A stretch of 63,839 nucleotides of DNA, filler included, from Octopus bimaculoides (taxonomy: Eukaryota): assembly GCF_001194135.2 (NCBI RefSeq). It is 8 parts of 7 records of this genome, joined end to end, with 100 filler letters (N's around TTAATTAATTAA, not from the genome) between each part and the next. Parts side by side here need not be neighbours in the genome. Positions count along the whole stretch, not along the records: positions 22,662 to 47,254 come from NC_068987.1; positions 47,355 to 52,213 come from NC_068981.1; 6 more parts are not named here. One strand, written 5' to 3'. This document shows positions 37,568 to 49,581 of this stretch, one piece after another. Position numbers and translations under genes: made by a program. The notes under the pieces were generated by a model. The model was not told the origin of the DNA and searched no databases. It saw only the letters and a program-made list of their open reading frames with translations. How positions within the stretch are numbered: the first letter of the stretch is position 1; every line of letters begins with the position of its first letter.

Positions 37568-37617
<50 letters not shown>

Positions 37618-38831
37618 GCGTTCAAGTGAATAGAAATGCAGAACTTTTGAACGTTCCCAATTATTAAGGCTTACTGGTAAGCGTTCTTTGTAACTCTTCA
37701 ATCTCTTTTTTGAGCTGGATGAGTTTGGAGAGTAAAGCTGTGAATAGTAATCTAATCTGCTCAGAACTAAGCATTTTTTCATAGCATAATCATAACTATC
37801 AATTCTCATGTCATTGTGGTTCGTAGGATCTGTTTTATGAAACGTCTACATTTTGAGGTCACTTTTTTGGTGTGACTGATGAACGATGCATCATTTGACA
37901 CGATTACTTCTGATTCCCGTCGGTTGTTAGTGCTTTGAATTATTGTGTTATCTGGTGTCAAATAATGGTATTTGTGTGGTTCCCTCCTCCGTAATGCAGA
38001 ACCTGAAATTTAGATGATTTAAATTTCATATCGAATTTATCTGGTCATTAATAAATAAGGTTTAGCTCAGAGAAGCAGCTTCTTCCGGAGTTTGGAAAGC
38101 CATCGATATTTTTGTAGCATCGGTGTCTCTCGTAAGGTTGTACTTGTGATCTTATGCCTGATAGGGGGATGATAAATCATAATGGTCCTAGAAGCGTACC
38201 ATGAGGTATACCACTTATCATAGGTGACTTTGCAAAGAGAAAAACGTTGCAGCAACTCATTCTCACACTATAGAAAGTAAAAGAGCTATTCTCCAAGTTT
38301 TCCTGTGATACCAAGATCACATATCCTTTGACAAACGATTCCATGATCAATCTTGTCAAAACTTTAGCAAAATCAAGGTATATACACTCAGTGTTCATTC
38401 TTCTCAAGAGATTTTTGAAGATCGTTTTATGGTGCTGTAGTAGTTGCAACTTCATTCAATACGAAAACCATGTGTATTACTTATGTGGTTGTTTCCCTCA
38501 AGGTATGTAATTATACTTTTTCGGACAATACGTTCGACAACTTTGGATGTGTGAGATGTGAGAAACAGGTGTGTGATATTTAGCTTAGGCTCACTATAGC
38601 TTTTTGCTCTTTTATTTGTTTCAGTCATTTGATTGGAGTCATGCGGGAGCACCGCATGAAGTCGAAAAAAAAAGCGATCCCAGGACTTATTTCTTAAGCC
38701 TGATACTTTTTCTATCGGATATTTTTGCCGAACCACTAACTTATGGGGACGTAAACATGCTAACACCTGTTGTCAAGTGGTGATGGAGGTACAAACACAG
38801 ACAAAAAGACACACACACACACATACAGACA

Positions 38832-38863
<32 letters not shown>

Positions 38864-39400
38864 CGACAGGCTTCATTCAGTTTCTCTCTACCAAATCCAC
38901 TTACAAGGTTTTGGTCAGCCCGATGCTATAGTAGAAAACATTTGGGCCAAGGTGCAAGAGAATGGGACTGAATCGTGAACCATGTGGTTGAGAAACAAGC
39001 TTCTTACCAAACGGCCACGCCTGCGCGTGTTGTGTATATATGTTATTATTAGGTATTATTATTCCGTATTATATGTGTAATATTACGTTTTTCAGTGGTT
39101 CTGGGAATATACCGTTATCTACCAACTTTTCAATTAATATGTTCAATGGCTTGGCGAAGCTGCTTTTCCACATTTGTAAGAAAATGACTGGGAGACCGTC
39201 GGGTCCGGATTGCTGATTTTGAATGATAGTCATAAATACCTGCATATATATCATATTCCATAATATCACTAACTTTAAGATGTGTGTCGGCTGTTGAATT
39301 CTGGGGATCAAAGAGTTCGTTCGGATGATGTACTATTTTGTTGGTCATGGATTCTAGAAAGTGAAATCGAATGACAATGAAAATAGTACCCAAAAATTGT
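37420..39400 (-). mobile_element. Decayed CR1/L2-like LINE ORF2 (RT domain), interrupted by a SINE B
   Basis: Minus-strand motifs appear in canonical order: GPDGLPVIFL..KPL (39100-39200), LTSHTSKVVERIVRK...HGFR (38460-38560), CIYLDFAK, SGIPHGTLLGPL (38180-38380) and VLSRLDYYSQL...WERSKVLHFYSLER..RERY. Confidence 0.88.
38601..39026 (-). mobile_element. SINE family B, near full-length, nested in the LINE
   Basis: From the tail (ttttatttgtttcagtcatttg) through the internal CA/TA repeat to the head (gggactgaatcgtgaaccatgtggttg...ccacgcctgcgc). Confidence 0.9.
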
Positions 39401-39524
39401 TATACAATTGAAGTCTGGTGTATAAGCATGCGAAAAGGAAAATAAATATGGAATTGTCTGGTATAAAATTCAATAGCTGAAATAGGTGTCAAGAAAAATA
39501 CACACGCAGACAGGTGCGCTCGCA

Positions 39525-39615
<91 letters not shown>

Positions 39616-39932
39616 ACGCACGCACATACACACAAACATACATACACACAAACACACACACATATATACACACAGAGTTTATTTCCTCTTTAGAATCCAC
39701 ATATTTGGCCAGCAGGTTTATAGACTTTAACAACTTTTATTATTTTGAAGTTGGAATAGTAACGTATACTTTCCATATCAACGAGACTTATGGCAGAGAG
39801 ACCAGTGAGGTAGACTTTAAAGTAATTAGTTTTAGTTATAGGAAAGCTCAACTGAAAACACAGAAGTATATATGTAGAAAGATTAATATGTACGTGTGTA
39901 CGTATATAGACATATATATATGCATATACATA

Positions 39933-39972
<40 letters not shown>

Positions 39973-40950
39973 CTTATACATGCAAGTAAGTATGTTTTTA
40001 TACATAAGCATACACATTCATACTTATATCTAATCGCATACACGCACACACACGCACGGTGGCGCGCGCACACACACACACACACATACACACACACACA
40101 TACACAAACGAAGACGCACAAACATGTACATGCATATATACCCACCGTTCGAAACAGATGTTACAAGTACAATACCGATGTGTCGGTATATATAGTCTTG
40201 CATTTACATTTGTATGAGAGTGTGTGTGTGCGCACGAGTGTACGTGTATTCGCACGCGCGCCTGCGTATATATTTGTATTTGCGTGGATAAATCCGTAAT
40301 ATACATATGTATGTGTATAACGGGGATATACTCGTATTTATATACACACATATAAAGAAATGTAAGTATATGCGTACGTATGTCAAATTGAATATCTGTG
40401 TAAAAGTGAATGTATGTGTTTACGTAAATGTGATTTAGTTCATATGTGTGTATATGCATATATCTGTATGTCTATGTGTATGTGAATAATGTCTGTATGT
40501 AAACATCCATGCGCAAGTGCGTCTTCATGCTTGTGAATATCTCGCGGGCTTGTTCGCACGCACGCGCACCATTGCGAGCGTGTGTTTGTTTATATGTTTG
40601 TACATTCATGTGTGCGTGTATGTGGAAGATATCTTCGCGAATTTACTGATAATTCTTGTAAATTGAAGCATCTCTAAGAGGAATCGGTGTTAGAGTTAGT
40701 GCTAAGGGCGTAAACAAACGTTTTACGTAACACAATCGTAACAAGATCGACAATTGAACACTTCTCTAACGTTGAACTTAAAAATTGTTCATCAGATTTA
40801 GACATTTTGTTTTTCTTTTCCTCCGTGTGTCTGATATCTCGACAAAGGGTGAGAGAGGCTGTTTCTAAATTATATTTGTTTTATTAGTATTTTTTTATAT
40901 AAATCTTTGAATAAATTACATGAGTATATATACGTGTGTTTATATGTATA

Positions 40951-41041
<91 letters not shown>

Positions 41042-42004
41042 NNNNNNNNNNNNNNNNNNNNNNNNNNNNNNNNNNNNNNNNNNNNNNNNNNNNNNNNNNN
41101 NNNNNNNNNNNNNNNNNNNNNNNNNNNNNNNNNNNNNNNNNNNNNNNNNNNNNNNNNNNNNNNNNNNNNNNNNNNNNNNNNNNNNNNNNNNNNNNNNNNN
41201 NNNNNNNNNNNNNNNNNNNNNNNNNNNNNNNNNNNNNNNNNNNNNNNNNNNNNNNNNNNNNNNNNNNNNNNNNNNNNNNNNNNNNNNNNNNNNNNNNNNN
41301 NNNNNNNNNNNNNNNNNNNNNNNNNNNNNNNNNNNNNNNNNNNNNNNNNNNNNNNNNNNNNNNNNNNNNNNNNNNNNNNNNNNNNNNNNNNNNNNNNNNN
41401 NNNNNNNNNNNNNNNNNNNNNNNNNNNNNNNNNNNNNNNNNNNNNNNNNNNNNNNNNNNNNNNNNNNNNNNNNNNNNNNNNNNNNNNNNNNNNNNNNNNN
41501 NNNNNNNNNNNNNNNNNNNNNNNNNNNNNNNNNNNNNNNNNNNNNATTCCATCGTCATCACCCTAGTTATTGTAACTGTTGTTGTTATGGTTGTTGAAGA
41601 TGTTGCCTTGTCCTCGTTGTTGTTGTTGTTGTTATTTTCATTCGTGGTGTTGTAATTGAAGTTGTTGTTATTCTTCTAGTTTATCACGGGGTCGCTCATG
41701 ATGATAATAACCGTGATACGGATGTTGTTTATGGCGAGATCATGTATGGTGGTAGTGGGGGTGGGGATAGAGATATGGGGTGGTACTGATGGAGGTGGTT
41801 GTGTTGCTGTTGCTGGTGGTGGTGGTGGTTATGATGGTGATGATGATGGTGAGATGATGATAATGCAGACAATGAGTGAGATCGACAGTATGATGATGAA
41901 AAAAGAAATAATAATGTTGTTAATGAAGACGACGGGCATAAAAGAAAGATGATGATGGTGGTAAGGTAACGGCGGTGAAGTGGAGGTTATTGTTATTATT
42001 ATTG

Positions 42005-42150
42005 TTCTGGGTTCAAATCCCGCCGTGGTCGACTGAGCCTTTCATCATTTCGAGGTTGATAAATTAAACACCCGTCAAGTACTGGGGTCGATGTGATCGA
42101 CTTCTCCATCCTCCAAAATTTCAGGCCTTGTACATTTAGTAGAAAGGATT
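42005..42150 (+). mobile_element. SINE family A, 5'-truncated
   Basis: gggttcaaatcccgccgtggtcgactgagcctttcatc...caggccttgtacatttagtagaaaggattatt. Confidence 0.85.
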
Positions 42151-42567
42151 ATTATTATTGTTATTTTCCTTGGTAGAAAATAAACGAAATCATCATCATC
42201 ATCATCATCATTATTATTATTATTTATATCATTATTATTATCATCATCGTTATTATTATTATTATTATTATTAGTTGTATTATTATTATTATATTCAACT
42301 TTACGATGAAAGTAAACAAACAAAGTTTGTTCTTTTTTAGAAGCGTTGAGATGTATTGTAAGAACAGATATAAATTTATTTCTCAAACGTGTGATAAGGC
42401 TATAAATAGCGTAATCACAGAGATCACAGAGATGTGAGTTCGAGTCTCATGGCTGGCCAGCAACGTGTTTTTCTGCATTATATGGATAATTTATCCTGAT
42501 CACGCTATTCATAGCATTATCACGCGTTTGAGAAATAAATTTATTTCTGTTCTTCTTATTATTATTA

Positions 42568-42634
<67 letters not shown>

Positions 42635-42651
42635 CATCATCATTATTATTG

Positions 42652-43071
42652 TGTGGCGAGCTGGTAGAATCGTTAGTGCGCCGAGCAAGATGCTTAGCAG
42701 CATTTCGTCCCCATTTGAGTTCAAATTCCGCCGAGGACGACTNNNNNNNNNNNNNNNNNNNNNNNNNNNNNNNNNNNNNNNNNNNNNNNNNNNNNNNNNN
42801 NNNNNNNNNNNNNNNNNNNNNNNNNNNNNNNNNNNNNNNNNNNNNNNNNNNNNNNNNNNNNNNNNNNNNNNNNNNNNNNNNNNNNNNNNNNNNNNNNNNN
42901 NNNNNNNNNNNNNNNNNNNNNNNNNNNNNNNNNNNNNNNNNNNNNNNNNNNNNNNNNNNNNNNNNNNNNNNNNNNNNNNNNNNNNNNGGCAGATGAAGAC
43001 AAGGCGTTGATGTAATCGACTAGTCCCCACCTCGTCAAATTTCTATAGTAGAAATTTCTATTGTAGAAAAG

Positions 43072-43075
<4 letters not shown>
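42652..43075 (+). mobile_element. SINE family A spanning an N-gap
   Basis: Head ggcgagctggtagaatcgttag lies before the gap and tail gatgtaatcgactagtccccacc after it. It is embedded in (ATT)n. Confidence 0.75.
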
Positions 43076-43121
<46 letters not shown>

Positions 43122-43398
43122 GATTATTATTATTACTATTAAGATGATTATGATAATGATTATAGCCGCTCAAAAGTAATTTACCATTTACGCTAAACAT
43201 GGGTGTTCTCTAAAGAAATTTTGAAAAAAAAGGAATTGTTTTCAGATTCCATCACACTGTACCGCACCGTTTCATGAAAAGTGTCTTCCACCGGAACCTT
43301 ACTAATTCACTATAAGTGGGATTTGGTAGGTGGAGATAGTGCAATAGACTTTCATAGACACACACATGCACGCACATACAAATAGACACACATACAAA

Positions 43399-44322
43399 GA
43401 GACGAGCCTTGTCCTGAAAGATCTCTAGAGCTCGACGAGGACGTCCTGCCGAAACTAGTGGAACAAAATCTCATCGTACCTATTGAGGAACTAGCAGAGA
43501 ATCTTGGATTTCGTCATTCAACTATATATCGACACCTGTGTGCCATCGGAAGTCAGCAACTTGGGTCAACGAGTTCCTCACAAACCTTCCGAGTCTAATC
43601 GCGCATAGAGAATGAATGTGTACTCTTCTTTGTGGTCACGTCTCACGAATGAACCATTTTTGGACCGAATAGGTATTGGTGACAAGGAATGGGTTCTCTA
43701 TAAAAGTGTCAAGCGCCGAAGACAGTGGGTAGGGAAAGGAGAAACACCACCCTGGGGCTAAAGAAGGTCCTCACCCTCGGAAGGTGATGTTATCTGTTTC
43801 GCGGGATATAAAATATTTAGTCCACTTTGAAATTTTAAATCCAAACCGAACGAAAACAAAGGAGATCTACTGCGATTCAGCTTGAGTGGCTTAAGTCAGC
43901 GCTAGAAAAAACGACCATCTTTGGTTTCAAGACAAAACGTAGTCTTCCATCAGGATAACGCTCGGCCACATACAGCGAGGATTTCAATCCAAAGGCTGGA
44001 ACAGTTTGAATTGGAAATGATGCCCCACCCACCATATTCACCGGACATTGCCCCATCTGATTATCATTTATTCTGCAGTCTTCAAAATCATTTGGATGGA
44101 AAAGATATTAATTCTGTAGACGAGGTTAGAACAGTACTGGAGGAGTATTTTTCGTCACAGACAAGTGAATTTTGGAAGAGGGGCCTTGCAAGTCTACCAG
44201 ATATATGGAAGAGTATTGTAGAAAATAAAGGGGAGTATATTCTAGATTAAAAAAGAACTTTTTTATCTTCATTTCGAAAAATAAAGTATAAAAAACCGCA
44301 TTATTTATGCGATGACCCAATA
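43399..44322 (+). mobile_element. 5'-truncated mariner (DD34D-type) transposase pseudogene with right TIR
   Basis: Motifs in order: DEPCPERS, EELAENLGF, IGIGDKEWVLY, VVFHQDNARPHTA, PHPPYSPDIAPSDYHLF, ...GEYILD* (stop 44248-50). Right TIR ccgcattatttatgcgatgacccaata at 44296-44322 is followed by TA. Confidence 0.95.
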
Positions 44323-44324
44323 TA

Positions 44325-44547
44325 TATGTATATATTGTGGCTTTGTGTCTGCGTTTGTCCCCCACCACCGCTTAATAACTGATGTTGGAGTGTTTACGTT
44401 CGCGTAATTTAGCCGTTCGCTAAAAGTGGTCAATAAAAAGTACACGATATAAAAAAAGAAAGAACTAGTGTCGAAATGTTCGATTAGATTTCTTCAATGC
44501 GGTGCCCCAGCGGGATTGCAGTCTGATGACTGAAAAATGTAAAAGAA
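44325..44547 (+). mobile_element. SINE family B 3' half, diverged
   Basis: tttgtcccccaccaccgcttaataactgatgttggagtgtttacg...gcggtgccccagc...gatgactgaaaaatgtaaaaga. Confidence 0.75.
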
Positions 44548-44924
44548 CCACTAAATTCCTTAGTAAAACTAAGATATCGGTGGTAACTCATATTCAACTA
44601 ACTATGTCCCTGAAACTTTTCGCGGTCGCTTTACCTGCTAGAAAGTGCAAACCAAATGCTTTTAAATCAGATCCTAATGCTAGATGTTCAAGACCCAAAT
44701 GAGGAGCAGATTTTCAATCCCGCGATCATCGTGATTCCAAAAAGGAATAAGATATCTACGTAGAGCAAATGTAGACTGAGATGTAGGATCACCGGACGGA
44801 CTGACTGAATTCTAGTTTTATTAATATAGATGGTGTAGGGAAACGACTTCTCAGTTTGTGTGTGAAAATGTTCGATTGTAATGAGATCTAGTAAGTAACT
44901 AAAGAAAGTATAGTAAGTAAAGTA

Positions 44925-45157
44925 AAGTTACCTTCACGAGTCACGCCGACTCATAAGCACCGGTTTCCCGGTTTCATGGCGTATAAACTCCCCCACCTGA
45001 ACAGGATGCCAGTCCGTCGCAGGATTACTCATTTTTGCCAGCCAAGTGGACTGGAGAATCGTAAAATGAAGTGTTTTGTTGTCCGCTCCAGGAATCGAAA
45101 CCACAATTTTATCATCATGAATCCAACACCCTAACCACTAAGCCATGCATCTCCACC
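44925..45157 (-). mobile_element. SINE family D, full-length with (AAAGT)n-type tail
   Basis: aaagtaaagttaccttcacgagtcacgccgactcataagcaccggtttcccggtttc...ggaatcgaaaccac...cctaaccactaagcc. Confidence 0.88.
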
Positions 45158-45254
45158 GTAGTGAGATCTGGTGCTTCAGGAACGCAGTACAAGTTATTGA
45201 TTTCACTTTTGTGCTCTTCGAATTTTTTTCTAATAAAATTGGTATCAAATGTTG

Positions 45255-45449
45255 GCACAAAGCCATCAATTTCGGAAAAAGGGTTTAAATTGATTAAGTC
45301 GTGCCCAGTGATTACGTGGTACTTAATTTATCGATCCAGAAAGCATGAAAGGCAAAATCGACCTCGTCGGAATTTGAACTTAGAATGTAGGGTCGGGTGA
45401 AATGTCGCCTAACATTTTGTCCGGCACCGTAATGCAAGCTTGCCACCTT
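45255..45449 (-). mobile_element. SINE family A, diverged
   Basis: gtacttaatttatcgatccagaaagcatgaaaggcaaaatcgacctcgtcggaatttgaactt. Confidence 0.85.
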
Positions 45450-46064
45450 CACTCTTTTTGCTAATAGGCGGCTAATAGAATCGAACCCCGTATCTTTCAG
45501 ATACCGGTCCCTGACATTTTCAATACTATCCAACATGTGAATCGATGCATTATCGTCCTGCAAGGCTGCCCTATCATGATTGCACAATGTTTTTTATATA
45601 TGATACACATGATTAGCTAAGATACGTAATCTTTCGCATTAACTCTGCTAGCCAAAAATAATTGCGTGATATGGCTATTCAAGAAATTACAGAGCTATCT
45701 ACACGCTTTACGTTAAGCCTGAAGGCAACTTTCGGCTGCTTTCAAACATAAACTCACTTTGAATTGCGTAAAAGGATGATTGATGACTCATTAGAGAAAA
45801 GGCCATTCTGATAGTCAAGACATTTGTTTCCCCGTTTATCAATGTTGAAGTTGAAGAGAAAAGGTTTAGCAATTGCAGCTCACCTATAGCATCCAATATT
45901 CTTTATCTCACAACGAACGGTTATGGTTGCTACATAATTAGTTCAGTTCAGCTGTCACTGTTCTTATTATAGTTTGATGGTACTCTCATAAAGTACGTAT
46001 ATGCCTTGTACTTTATGACAGAATTTTGTGTTTTGCGTTTTTAGCAGTTATTTGTATGAAAACA

Positions 46065-46429
46065 GTGGAGGTGCAATGGCCCAGTGGCTAGGGCAGCGGA
46101 CTCGCGGTCATAGGATCGCGGTTTCGATTCCCAGACCGGACGTTGTGAGTGCTTATTGAGCGAAAACACCTAAAGCTCCACGAGGCTCCGGCAGGGGTTG
46201 GTGGTGTACCCTGCTGTACTCTTTCACCACAACTTTCTCTCACTCTTTCTTCCTGTTTCTGTTGTGTCTGTAATTCAAAGGGACAGCCTTGTCACACTGT
46301 GTCACGCTGAATATCCTCGAGAACTACGTTAAGGGTACACGTGTCTGTGGAGTGCTCAGCCACTTGCACGTTAATTTCATGAGCAGGCTGTTCCGTTGAT
46401 CGGATCAACGTCGGAATGCCAACAACATA
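46065..46429 (+). mobile_element. SINE family C, full-length, 10-bp TSD
   Basis: TSD tatgaaaaca at 46055-46064 and 46430-46439. The head has A/B boxes. Confidence 0.93.
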
Positions 46430-46972
46430 TATGAAAACAAATGAAAATAGACTACGTCTGATTTCCAAAGAAGCGTAAATGGATGGAGTTTCAGCCATTG
46501 AAATTGCTGAAATGTTTAATGTTTTGTGAAGTATAATTTCGAATATCATATTAGCATTCCAAATCTAGGCAAACTCCATAATTATGGAATCATGAACGGA
46601 AAGCAAAGCTCAAAAGCAAGAATATAGATTACAAACTTAAATGCATCGAAATATTCAAAGGTGAAACTCGAAACCAGTTCAGCATAAGTGACTGAAGGGA
46701 AAGGTGGTCAGGTAGGTCTTTTCTGAGGACGTGTCATCTGCAAAATAAAAGCAGGTCCACCAAGGGTCTCCCTACTCTGTTTTCAGTACATCGAAAACAT
46801 CGAAAGAACAGGTTTACATTTCACTTAACTCATAGTCTTCGTAATATTTAAATCTTAGTTCTTCTAAGTCACGTTATACTGCACATCATAGAGTATACGT
46901 GTGTGTGTATGGGTGTGTGTGTGTGTGTGTGTGCGTGTGTGCGTGCTTGTGTGTCTGTTTATGTATGCATGT

Positions 46973-47013
<41 letters not shown>

Positions 47014-47354
47014 AAGTGAGTATATATATATATGTTATGATTAACAAAATAATGCTAATTAAGCTACAACGGTCTTCTGCTTTATGAGTTCTATATATAA
47101 TACCTAAGTATTAATCGTGGGAGGAAAGCGTAAACCGGCTGTCTGGTCTATATGGGCCCCTCTCCATTGTCTGTACATCAAGAAGCACAGAAAAAAATCT
47201 TTGCATTCCACTGCATTCACAGCTAAACTTTTTAATTTATATATATATGCATCTNNNNNNNNNNNNNNNNNNNNNNNNNNNNNNNNNNNNNNNNNNNNTT
47301 AATTAATTAANNNNNNNNNNNNNNNNNNNNNNNNNNNNNNNNNNNNNNNNNNNN

Positions 47355-47412
<58 letters not shown>

Positions 47413-49330
47413 TAGAACGATGAAAGAAATAGATAAAGTTATAATAAGGTATATATAAAAGATGTATATCTAAATTTCACTAAGTGTTTCAGAAACAGAA
47501 ATGATGATTAATATTTCCTTAATTATTGTGAGTAAACCACACGTTGAAAGCATCTTGAGCAATTGATGCCCATGTATTCTGGAAATGTTACTGAAACATA
47601 AAATTTAGAAGAGCCAAAAAGAGTAGTTTGCATACATAAATAAAGAAAACTCAGCTGGTATATTCTTGTTTGGATTCAGCAGAGAAACAAGAAAAATTTA
47701 TTTGGAAAATAACCAAACATTCAAAAAAATGAGGAGATGCCGGAAAAAAATATATCGAAATATTAGAGGTGGAGCACAGAAGGCAATGTTGAGACGGAGG
47801 AATTTTCGATTGTGAGGCAAGATCAGACATTTCTCAACAGAATATTTCAAATAGTGTCTGCAAAGTTTAACATGCTAAAGAACTGAAAAGTATGTTGATG
47901 TTGGGAATAAACAAATCATCATACCGTGGCTGTTTGCTCACTTTTAGCAAAACACATTATATGCACGCCTTAGAGGCCTGGCAGATGAGATGCTATTCGG
48001 TATTGGGAAACATGTTTCTATATTAAGTAGTCTGAATTTTCTGTCTAAATATGTATCATTAAAGTTATTAAAAACAAAAGAGGGCCATGTTATGGAATAA
48101 TGCATCTCATACCCAAGGTGCAAGGAAATAAAGTACAACAGATATACTTGTCATTTTGAAATGATCGTTCTTTAAACGAAAACTTTGAATTATACGTTAA
48201 TATATCCATGGAAATAAATATATGCCTGGAAATACAAAGATATATTATAAACTAAAATGATCTCAGATTGAAGGTAAACACAATGTGAAAACAACTCAGT
48301 CATATATGGGTCAGAAAATATTCAAATCTTTGCAGACAATTACAAAACCACATCGATATCGTTGACGCTTATACAAATTGTACATAAAATTGTATAATCA
48401 AATAGTAAAGAAATGATGAGAAAAATACTTCCTGCAAATTTAAAAGAATACACGTGACAAATACCAAGGTCATTTCGGAACTAATGGTATAATAATCCCG
48501 ATATAGTTTCCTAAAAGGACATAGGCAAATGTTTAAATGAAGTTTAGTGTAACGTATTTTAGAATGACTCAATAATGCATTTTCTGGATGAAAGCTAGAA
48601 ACAAAATGTCCAAAAGATGACAACTTTTATTATCATTTAAAAAAAATTTTTTAAGAAAGTAGAATTTGAACTTGTATCTCATTTGAGCTGATATATAGAA
48701 GTTATCGGCGTGACATTCACTGTGTGAGTGCCGATCACATTATTAGGTACTTATCCTTAAGTCATTGTACATAATACATTACAGAAACAATGTGCTATTA
48801 TTTAATCAGTTAACGTCAGAATATCAACATCCCTTACTGACAACGAGAAAAAAAGCGCTTGATTTTGGACTTGAATACAAAAGTATTCGTTATTAGTCAT
48901 GAACATTAAATGCCATCCAGATCATCGATATTCATCGCATCGACATTTCAGAAAATATCATTATTCAAATTCTACTGACCAAATTAGCCAACTAGAAATG
49001 AGAAATATATTCACGCAGAAGTGAGAGAACATGTTCTAACAAATTACATTTGTTGCCCAACTTAGGATTCACAGCTTGCATGACTCCTAAGTTAAACGAT
49101 TTACTTCATTAAGTAATGAGAAAATTAGTTTTATTAGTAGAACTATTGGAGAGTCCGGCCATATTCTTCGCGTGTTTGTTACAAAATTTTACATTCAGTT
49201 TTCAAGTCAGGTTAAGTTTAACTTTCCTTTCCGCCCTTTTAATCTATCAAATTAAGTCCTAACCAAATACTTTAATAGATTTCATTCACTAAGTCTCACC
49301 TCTTTTTTAAGTTTATGATTATGCAAGTAT

Positions 49331-49581
49331 TGTGATGAGAGTTACGACGCTCCTTTGCGAGAGATAGACTGGTTCGAGTAAAGTATAAATAGTAGTGATC
49401 CGAGTGAGCTGAGACTTCGGAGTCGAGTGCAGTTCGTGTTAGTTCGCAGTGAAGTCGGAAGGTGGTGGTTGATTAGTTCACAAGGAATTTTCATTGTTGG
49501 TTTGTAAAGAGACTTGTTTCGATACATTTTTGTTACTGTTGTCTGTTTATCTTATTCATTGTACATAAAACTTGCGTTACA
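49331..49581 (+). promoter_or_regulatory. TATA-containing element, candidate solo LTR
   Basis: Starts TGT and ends gttACA. TATAAATAG at 49384-49392 is followed by GC-richer gagtcgagtgcagtt and then a T-rich U5-like part. No TSD was found. Confidence 0.35.

Noticed and set aside
40765-40796. Minus-strand CTGATGA...AACGTTA hammerhead-like
   Set aside because: It lacks the GAAA core and stem I.
41560-41960. Gly/Asp/Met-rich ORF (41698-41952)
   Set aside because: It derives from degenerate GTT/GGT/GAT trinucleotide low-complexity sequence.
47640-48140. Possible very old RTE RT remnant (HALEAWQMRCY, GHVM)
   Set aside because: Only two short motifs amid many stops, too weak to call without a search.
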